Source: an uncultured Nitrososphaerota archaeon (GTDB lineage Archaea; Thermoproteota; EX4484-205; JAAOZP01). From it: a stretch of 53,806 bases of DNA. The position numbers were made by a program, and so were the translations under genes. The stretch is from NCBI GenBank assembly GCA_964416155.1, contig CAYQCW010000011.1:1-53806 (forward strand). The letters are read 5' to 3'. Each line of letters opens with the position of its first letter. The stretch's first letter is position 1. The notes under the pieces were generated by a model, which saw only the letters and a program-made list of their open reading frames with translations, was not told where the DNA came from and did not search any database. Shown piece after piece: positions 47,306 through 53,806 of this stretch.

Positions 47306-48019
47306 CTACTCGACCAGGAGGCTTTTCCTCCTTACCCTTTTAACACCCCAGTCTCCGAAGGTCATGAATGCTTCCGCGTATTGGAAGCCGACTTCAAGCC
47401 CTCTGACCCTTCTCAAACAGGAATAGTAATCCACGTAGTTAAACCCGCTGTATTTCCCAGAGGTAAAATCGTAAGTCGTAATCACATCCAAATATTTTTC
47501 GAAAACATTGCTGACGTCAACATACACCTCCGGCTGGAAGCCCTGCGGGTCCTCCCAGTTCTCAGGGTAGTAAAGCTCCACCGGCCTACTGTGCTTCCCC
47601 TCCGCCCTCTGCTCCCCGGTGAAGCGTTCGAAAGCCTGTATTGCAAGAAGGTGGCATGCAAGATGATCAGGATGATAGCTTCCCTTCCAGTGCATCAGGA
47701 CCGCATCCGGCTTAAACTCTAAAAGGCTCCTGTACATTTTCAGCTTAACCTCCTCAGCATCGTATGGGACGCCCTCGACACACCCTAAGAAAACCACTTC
47801 AGCATTCAGCTTCCTAGATGCTTCTAAAGCCTGCTTAACCCTTATTTCAGCATACTCCTCCGGGGAGAGCCCGGGCGGCCGGGCCCATTTGCCAGACGGC
47901 TTAAACACGTGGAGTATTAGACACCTCCCCCCCTCCTCAGCGTTCCGCAGAATTGTCCCGCCCGCCGTGATTTCAACATCCCCGGTGTGGGCGCTGAACG
48001 CGACTATTTTAATGCACAA
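47306..48019 (-). CDS. PIG-L/LmbE family N-deacetylase
   Basis: AHTGD.E...GG, HW..S.HPDH, ENWED, YVDVS, R.RG......YAEAF. Confidence 0.85.
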   Translation of the reverse strand: MCIKIVAFSAHTGDVEITAGGTILRNAEEGGRCLILHVFKPSGKWARPPGLSPEEYAEIRVKQALEASRKLNAEVVFLGCVEGVPYDAEEVKLKMYRSLLEFKPDAVLMHWKGSYHPDHLACHLLAIQAFERFTGEQRAEGKHSRPVELYYPENWEDPQGFQPEVYVDVSNVFEKYLDVITTYDFTSGKYSGFNYVDYYSCLRRVRGLEVGFQYAEAFMTFGDWGVKRVRRKSLLVE

Positions 48020-48025
48020 CGGTGA

Positions 48026-48946
48026 TCACCCTCCTTCTAGGCTCTTGGTGAAAACCGCGAACCTACGGGCCTCAGACATACCGTTCCTAACGTAGAAACT
48101 GTAGTTTCTCCCGCCGCCCCACGCTAGCCAAGCGTTTTTACCGCCGAGAGACTGAATCAGCCTTAAACACCTGTGGAACAGGACTGTGCCAACCCCCCTG
48201 TTCCTATGCTCCTCAGCAACCCCAAACGGGCCGAAATGCTCTATTAGCCCGTCGGTAGCGATTTGACAGTAGCCAACTATCTCCCCATGGTGGAAAGCGA
48301 GTGTAAACCAGTCGAGACGCCTAGAGTATTTCTCCATCGTCATCCTAGCGTCCTCATACCACCATGGGAACCTGGCTTTCAGGAAGAGAAGAAGCTCCAG
48401 CACGTGTTCATCGTCAAGCTGCTGGAATGAATAGCCCTCCGCAGTAAGCCTTCCCTCAAGCTCTAAAACCTCTTTAGGGGTAGTGTATCCCATGAGCGAC
48501 ATGCTCATTGAAACTGATTCCCTGCTTGACTCGCTGTAGCCGTTCCTAGTGAAGAAGCCCATTGCCCCTGGGTAAGCCTTAACGTCAACCCCTGGAACAA
48601 GGTACCTCGGCCCACCTGAGAAAACTATTCGCCCAACCCCTTTCTTCCGTAGTTTTCCCTCAACCGTTGCAAGCATTCTCGACCCGATTCCCCTGCCTCT
48701 GAAACCGTTTTTCACGCCCAGTATGTTGATGTAGCCGGTTTCACCCCTGGTCACGCAGTAGATGAAGCCAACCACCCCGCCCTCTGTCTCTGAAACGATG
48801 CATAGCTCAGGATCATAATTCTCCTGGAGTAGAACCCTGTATCTGAACGACTCCTCGCTAAGCCTGTCGAGGGGCATCGCGTCGTTGATTATTTCTAGAA
48901 CAGGCCTAAGGTCCCGGCCTTTAAAACTCCTTTCTTCCGTACTCAA
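48026..48946 (-). CDS. Tandem-GNAT N-acetyltransferase (GlmA-like glucosamine/glucosaminide acetyltransferase)
   Basis: Two AcCoA motifs (FRGRGIG; HRNRGVG), YLVPGVD..YP, EHFGPFGV. Confidence 0.75.
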   Translation of the reverse strand: MSTEERSFKGRDLRPVLEIINDAMPLDRLSEESFRYRVLLQENYDPELCIVSETEGGVVGFIYCVTRGETGYINILGVKNGFRGRGIGSRMLATVEGKLRKKGVGRIVFSGGPRYLVPGVDVKAYPGAMGFFTRNGYSESSRESVSMSMSLMGYTTPKEVLELEGRLTAEGYSFQQLDDEHVLELLLFLKARFPWWYEDARMTMEKYSRRLDWFTLAFHHGEIVGYCQIATDGLIEHFGPFGVAEEHRNRGVGTVLFHRCLRLIQSLGGKNAWLAWGGGRNYSFYVRNGMSEARRFAVFTKSLEGG

Positions 48947-49036
48947 CGGAAACCGTTTTAGAATGGAGACATATAAGTGTTTCTTTAAAAACGCGTACGC
49001 TAAGATTTATCACCTACCTGGTTAACAAGTAGCGGG
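48947..49036. promoter_or_regulatory. Divergent promoter region between the GNAT operon and murQ
   Basis: 90-nt spacer with AT-rich TATA-like boxes (ATATAAG, TTTAAA, TTTATC) and an imperfect inverted repeat GAGACA-TATAAG-TGTTTC. Confidence 0.4.
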
Positions 49037-49996
49037 TTGAAGAAGACGGTTTCAAGACTGGAAAAGATAGATGCAGAGTTTGAAAAACTATTGACGGAGC
49101 ATAGAAATCTCAGGACAGTTAGAATCGACAGGGTTAGCGTGGCTGAGGCTTTAAAGATGATAAACAGGGAGGATAAGAAGGTGGCGAGGGCTGTTGAACT
49201 CGAAATACCTAAGATAGCTAGGGCTGTTGAAACCGTTGTCAAAGCTTTCAGGAAGGGTGGTAGACTCATATACGTTGGCGCAGGCACGAGCGGCAGGATA
49301 GGGGTTATAGATGCTGCTGAATGCCCTCCTACCTTTGGCACAAGCCCGAGGATGGTTCAGGCCCTGATAGCCGGTGGAAGAAGAGCCATGTTCCAAGCTG
49401 TCGAGGGAGCGGAGGACAACATGAGGGCTGGCGTTAAAGACGTTAAGCGTCTAAGGGTTTCCGAGAGAGATGTTGTCATAGGCCTAAGCGCCTCAGGCAG
49501 GGCGCCCTACGTGATGGGGGCTCTTAAAGAGGCTAGGCAGAGGGGTGCTGAAACCATTGCTGTCGCAACAGTGCCGAACCCTAGGGTCGGGCAATACGCC
49601 AACATAGTGATAACGCCAATTGTGGGACCGGAGGTGATAGCTGGGTCAACGAGAATGAAGGCTGGTACGGCGGAGAAAATGGTGCTCAACATGATTTCAA
49701 CAGTATCCATGTTGATAATCGGCAAGGTGTATACGAACCTGATGATAGACATTAAGCCTTTAAGCGTGAAGCTAAGGTCACGGGCCAGGAGGCTGTTGCG
49801 CTTTTTCGCCGGAATCTCAAGCGAGGAGGCTGAGGAAATCTACAGGAGGAGCGGGTATGATTTGAAGGTTGCCCTAGTCATGGCTTTAGCAAGAGTCGAG
49901 GTTGGGGAGGCTAGGAAGGCGTTGAGGAAGAGCCAAGGCCTAGTCTGGAAAGCTATAAAGCTTGTTCAGAGGAAAAACAGAGTAGAGAAAGACTGA
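49037..49996 (+). CDS. murQ: N-acetylmuramic acid 6-phosphate etherase
   Basis: TE.RN..T..ID, GAGTSGRIG..DAAECPPTFG, AVEGAED (both catalytic Glu positions), VGPEV.AGSTRMKAGTA.K..LNM.ST, GKVY.NLM.D. Confidence 0.95.
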   Translation: MKKTVSRLEKIDAEFEKLLTEHRNLRTVRIDRVSVAEALKMINREDKKVARAVELEIPKIARAVETVVKAFRKGGRLIYVGAGTSGRIGVIDAAECPPTFGTSPRMVQALIAGGRRAMFQAVEGAEDNMRAGVKDVKRLRVSERDVVIGLSASGRAPYVMGALKEARQRGAETIAVATVPNPRVGQYANIVITPIVGPEVIAGSTRMKAGTAEKMVLNMISTVSMLIIGKVYTNLMIDIKPLSVKLRSRARRLLRFFAGISSEEAEEIYRRSGYDLKVALVMALARVEVGEARKALRKSQGLVWKAIKLVQRKNRVEKD

Positions 49997-50319
49997 GTAA
50001 CCCACGATTTAGAATTCTAAAACGATCACATTGTAAACCATCAGGCTATCCAAAGCGAATTCAAAATAGTCTGGAAGCTCTCGCCCAGCGAGCATACTTC
50101 TATCGCTCAGCTTAAACACTCTCCTAGGCCAGATCCCCCTGGCTCTAGGAAGCATCAGCGTACGTGCTCTCACCGATGTAGCGCGTGAAGATCAGATTCC
50201 TCCATTATGCATTAATGAGCCGCGTCCACAAATTTAAGGCGCTGTTATCCCAGTTTAAGTTTATAGCTAGGAACTCTAATATAGTATAGACTTAGTTATC
50301 GGAACCGGAGGAAAAAATA

Positions 50320-51438
50320 TTGGTTGAAGAAGCAACAAAGGAATCTGCCTTGCCAAGTATACAACTATCGATCATAATACCCACGTACATGGAGGCAGAA
50401 AACCTTCCTAAGCTCATTGAAAGAACAGAGGAGGCGTTGAAGGAAATAGATTTCGAGATCATCATCGTCGACGACAACAGTCCTGATGGGACGGCTGACG
50501 TTGCAGAGAGGCTTGGCATGGAGTTTGGAAATATTAGGGTGATAAGAAGGCTTGGAAAGCTGGGGTTGAGCTCCGCGGTGATGGACGGGCTAAAGTTGGC
50601 GAGAGCACAGCTGATAGCGGTTATGGATGCCGATTTGCAGCATCCTCCGGAGGCCCTGACCCACATGTTGGAGGAATTAAGAAAAGGTTGCGATTTTGTA
50701 ATTGCCTCAAGGTATATTAAGGGTGGTGGAGTCAAGGGCCTCAGCGTGTGGAGGCGTTTTATATCTAGAGGAGCCATCATTCTTGCGCATGTTTCCCTGC
50801 CGAAGACGAGACATGTTTCAGACCCGCTCTCCGGATACTTTGCGTTCAACAAGAAAGTGATTTATGGAATCAAGCTGAACCCGGTTGGCTACAAGATCCT
50901 GCTTGAAATGCTTGTGAAAGGTAGGTGTGGAAGGATCTGTGAAATACCTTACAGCTTTCAGCGTAGGGCAGGTGGTAAAAGTAAACTCGGTTTACGCGAG
51001 ATTTTGCTTTATTTGAAACACTTGTACTCCTTGGCGAGGGAAACAAGGGAATATGGGAGGCTTATGAGCTTCGTGCTGGTCGGGATAACGGGAATCATGG
51101 TTAATGAGAGCATCTTATGGTTTTTGACTGAACACTTATATTTGCATTATATGTTCTCAGCTATGATCAGCGCAGAGGCCTCTATTTTATCAAACTTCAC
51201 ACTTAATGAGATCTTCACGTTCAGAGACTTGGTGACCGATTCCTCTTTAAAGTCGGTGATTAAGAGGGTTTTCGAATATAACTGGACAAGGGTGTTCGGG
51301 GTGTTCTTAGGGCTCATAACGCTGTATTTTCTAACCACCTTCCTAGCTATGCACTATCTCCTAGCTAACCTTGTAGGCATCGCTGTGAGCTTGGCATGGG
51401 GCTATTCGACCAGCATCTCAATCGTCTGGAAGGATTAG
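50320..51438 (+). CDS. Polyprenol/dolichol-phosphate mannosyltransferase (GT2) with C-terminal GtrA domain
   Basis: IIPTY.E, VDDNSPDGT, VMDADLQHPPE, ASRY..GG, SDPLSGYF, GYKILLE; GtrA-type F..VG..G..VN, NF.LN..FTF. Confidence 0.9.
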   Translation: MVEEATKESALPSIQLSIIIPTYMEAENLPKLIERTEEALKEIDFEIIIVDDNSPDGTADVAERLGMEFGNIRVIRRLGKLGLSSAVMDGLKLARAQLIAVMDADLQHPPEALTHMLEELRKGCDFVIASRYIKGGGVKGLSVWRRFISRGAIILAHVSLPKTRHVSDPLSGYFAFNKKVIYGIKLNPVGYKILLEMLVKGRCGRICEIPYSFQRRAGGKSKLGLREILLYLKHLYSLARETREYGRLMSFVLVGITGIMVNESILWFLTEHLYLHYMFSAMISAEASILSNFTLNEIFTFRDLVTDSSLKSVIKRVFEYNWTRVFGVFLGLITLYFLTTFLAMHYLLANLVGIAVSLAWGYSTSISIVWKD

Positions 51439-51538
51439 ACTCGATAGCTAACCATGCTTATTTAATTCTGGCTTCATAGCATCACCGTAATGCTTTTAAC
51501 TTTATATCGTCCTTCATCTGCCAGTGCTGCACGGTGGG

Positions 51539-53806
51539 ATGAGTAAGGGTTTAATTAATACTGTGCCTTCGTTCTTGAGACGGCTTATAGTGATTCTTAT
51601 CCTCACGTCGCTTGCACTCATTCTTTTCTCAATCCCTCTTGGCATAAGTATACTAGTTGGCGGAGGCTTGGAGATACGAAGATCTATGCATCTTTACTTC
51701 CTATTGGTTGAAGCTTTCTACTCTTCATGTTTTATTTTAGCTTGGAAATCAGGAGAAGACTTTAGGAAATCCCTACGTAGGTTTCTTCACGAGCCTGCCA
51801 GCCTCCCTCCTGGAAACTTCTTGCTGCTCATGCCTGTTATCGCGAGTCTAACCCACACCGCCTTAGGCTTTACTGAATCGGTTCAAGAACACCTACAGAT
51901 ATCAACTGGTTTTCCGTCATTAAGCCAAGACCCATTCTTGGCTTACTTTGAATTAGCCTGGTCCCCTATAGTTGAGGAGGTTTTTTTCAGGATGCTTCTC
52001 TTAGGATTTTTTTATGCATTCTATCTGAGCAGATACACCAGTGAATTCTCTGTTCACAGGAGGCTCGGTATCTCTCTCCTTTCATTCCTAAGCCCGGAGC
52101 GTGCAAAAAGACTTTTGAGAATATCTGGTTCTACTATGCCTCCAAGAAAAATCGAGCTGGACGAGTGGTTGATCATTATTTCTTCCTCAATCCTCTTTGC
52201 TTTTTCACACTATCTAGCTCCAGGCACTTGGGGTGTTGGGAAGCTAACCTTAGCGTTTATTCAAGGGCTTGTTATGGCATTGTCCTACATCCTTCACGGT
52301 ATCCATGCTTCCATACTAATACACTGGTACTTTAACTACTGTTTGTACACTTACAGGTTAGCAATAGTCTTGCAGCCAAGCCTTTCATTTCTAAGCTTGC
52401 TCGGCGAAGCAGTTTCCATGACTTTGACGATATCAACCGTGTTGCTGTTGATCCTTTTAAAAACGAAAAGTGTGGGCAAGCAGATTTTGCCCGCCCTGCG
52501 TAAAAAAACTCAGAGGTTTTTCACGATGTTAGCATCAAGAGCCAGTGGAGTTCTAATGAAAAAGCCCCTAAATTTGAAGACGAGTAGGAAAATGGTTCCA
52601 GAGGTGGTTTTACTCACCATCGTCATTCTCACGCTGAGCCTGAGGCTGGTCATACTCGAATACCCCAAGCGTGAAGCCTCTGGAGGAGAGGATAGGTGGG
52701 ACTTTATCTTTGATGAGAAGTATTATGTGAGCGCTGCTAGAGATATGCTGGAAGGCAAAGCAGTGAACAATGAACACCCGCCTCTAGTAAAGGTTTTCAT
52801 TGCGTTGGGCATAGTATTCTTTGGAGATAACCCTGCAGGTTGGCGTATGGTTACAATCTCAGCCAGCTTAGCTTCAATATTGCTGGTGTACGCGCTTTCT
52901 TTCCTTCTTAACAGTAGGAGAGGGATTTCTCTTTGCTCGGCAACACTGTTTGCGTTCGACATAATGGCGTTCAACATAGGACAGATCGCCATTCTCGATG
53001 CTCCAGCGATGACATTTATGCTCGCTGCAAGCATATTGATTTTGAGGAAGAGATATGACCTTGGTGGTTTTTTTCTAGGCTTAGCCTTATTGTGTAAGCT
53101 TACTTCCGTGTTTTCATATTTAGGCATCGCAGCCTTTCTAGTTCTGTCCGCAGGGCGTGCAAAGTCGTTCCGGAAGACTATAGAATCCTGTTTAAGGATT
53201 GGCGTCACAGCCCTTGTTGTGTTCTTAGCCGGATTATGGGCCTACGACTCATTATATTCTGCCTTCGCTAAAAACCCTCTGAGTCACATTAGATACATGC
53301 TAACCTATCACAGCAGCCTGAAATATCAGGATCCGAAAGAAGTAATTCTTCCATTACAGTGGATAAATCCACTCGACCCGTTTGTCCCCATGCCGTTCTA
53401 CGTTATAACGACTACGGAAACGGCGGGAGGAATCCTTAAAGTATACAATCCTGTTGCCTATTACGGCATCTACAGCCCACTATGGTGGAGCATATGGGTA
53501 GTCGTGTCTCTCAACCTATTCCACATCTTGAGAGAAGTCAGGGGGAAAAGTTTTGAGAGAACCCGACTTTTCACTCTCACATGGATACTGGCGAGCTTCT
53601 TGCCTTATGTTTTTCTAGCATACCTGATGTCTAGATGGGTTTATCCGTTTTACTTCTACCCGACTTTGCCGGGGCTCTACATCGGTCTATCCAGCCACTT
53701 GAATAAACGCAAGTATTCAAAACTAGTTATAGCTTCCACTGTAATTTTGCAAGCTTTTTGGTTCATCTTATGGTTTCCGGTTAAACCTAAGCTCCTTATT
53801 GATATC
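51539..53806 (+). CDS. CPBP (CAAX) protease fused to dolichyl-phosphate-mannose protein O-mannosyltransferase (PMT/GT39-like); 3' end runs off window
   Basis: Not in the ORF track (no stop in window). Manual translation from ATG 51539 gives PIVEEVFFR, FAFSH, IHWYFN, then FIFDEKYYV, NNEHPPLVK, FGDNPAGWR; the window ends in the same frame (WFPVKPKLLIDI). Confidence 0.85.
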   Translation, partial: MSKGLINTVPSFLRRLIVILILTSLALILFSIPLGISILVGGGLEIRRSMHLYFLLVEAFYSSCFILAWKSGEDFRKSLRRFLHEPASLPPGNFLLLMPVIASLTHTALGFTESVQEHLQISTGFPSLSQDPFLAYFELAWSPIVEEVFFRMLLLGFFYAFYLSRYTSEFSVHRRLGISLLSFLSPERAKRLLRISGSTMPPRKIELDEWLIIISSSILFAFSHYLAPGTWGVGKLTLAFIQGLVMALSYILHGIHASILIHWYFNYCLYTYRLAIVLQPSLSFLSLLGEAVSMTLTISTVLLLILLKTKSVGKQILPALRKKTQRFFTMLASRASGVLMKKPLNLKTSRKMVPEVVLLTIVILTLSLRLVILEYPKREASGGEDRWDFIFDEKYYVSAARDMLEGKAVNNEHPPLVKVFIALGIVFFGDNPAGWRMVTISASLASILLVYALSFLLNSRRGISLCSATLFAFDIMAFNIGQIAILDAPAMTFMLAASILILRKRYDLGGFFLGLALLCKLTSVFSYLGIAAFLVLSAGRAKSFRKTIESCLRIGVTALVVFLAGLWAYDSLYSAFAKNPLSHIRYMLTYHSSLKYQDPKEVILPLQWINPLDPFVPMPFYVITTTETAGGILKVYNPVAYYGIYSPLWWSIWVVVSLNLFHILREVRGKSFERTRLFTLTWILASFLPYVFLAYLMSRWVYPFYFYPTLPGLYIGLSSHLNKRKYSKLVIASTVILQAFWFILWFPVKPKLLIDI

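Noticed and set aside
50009-50170. Minus-strand frame RARTLMLP...LDSLMVYNVIVLEF* downstream of murQ, resembling the C-terminal beta-strand end of a hydrolase
   Set aside because: Too short and without a diagnostic motif; mentioned only as a possible relic, not annotated.
52723-53208. 161-aa minus-strand ORF in the track
   Set aside because: Antisense shadow of the CPBP-PMT gene on the + strand.
1-53806. tRNA, rRNA, CRISPR arrays, IS elements
   Set aside because: None recognised in the spacers by eye; a tRNAscan-SE/Infernal/CRISPR-finder run would be needed to exclude small or intron-split RNAs.

Overview
Gene-dense archaeal chromosomal segment. GAPN, PolB3-type polymerase, AlaX, NikR, archaeal peroxiredoxin, HEPN-MNT pairs and TATA-like spacers point to a heterotrophic Thermoproteota/TACK lineage such as Brockarchaeota or Bathyarchaeia (taxon is inference). 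It holds about 46 intact CDS plus at least six decayed gene relics filling the longer spacers. I saw no rRNA, tRNA, CRISPR array, integrase or transposase. The main signal is a compact, bacterial-type peptidoglycan/MurNAc scavenging locus at 45.2-50.0 kb: tandem-GNAT (GlmA-like), PIG-L deacetylase, NamZ (DUF1343), BadF-type sugar kinase (MurK-like) and a divergent murQ. This is notable because archaea do not make MurNAc. Other points of interest: an unlisted ORF (51539 to window end) fusing a CAAX/CPBP protease to a protein O-mannosyltransferase beside a Dol-P-Man synthase; a second CPBP fused to an ABC permease; an AEP primase-polymerase fused to an unknown domain; a PolB with eroded proofreading motifs bracketed by two MNT-HEPN modules; an RNase HIII-type gene; a split bactofilin-like beta-helix gene; and recurring TM-basic-polyproline C-terminal tails. 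All calls come from reading motifs by eye; no database searches were run.
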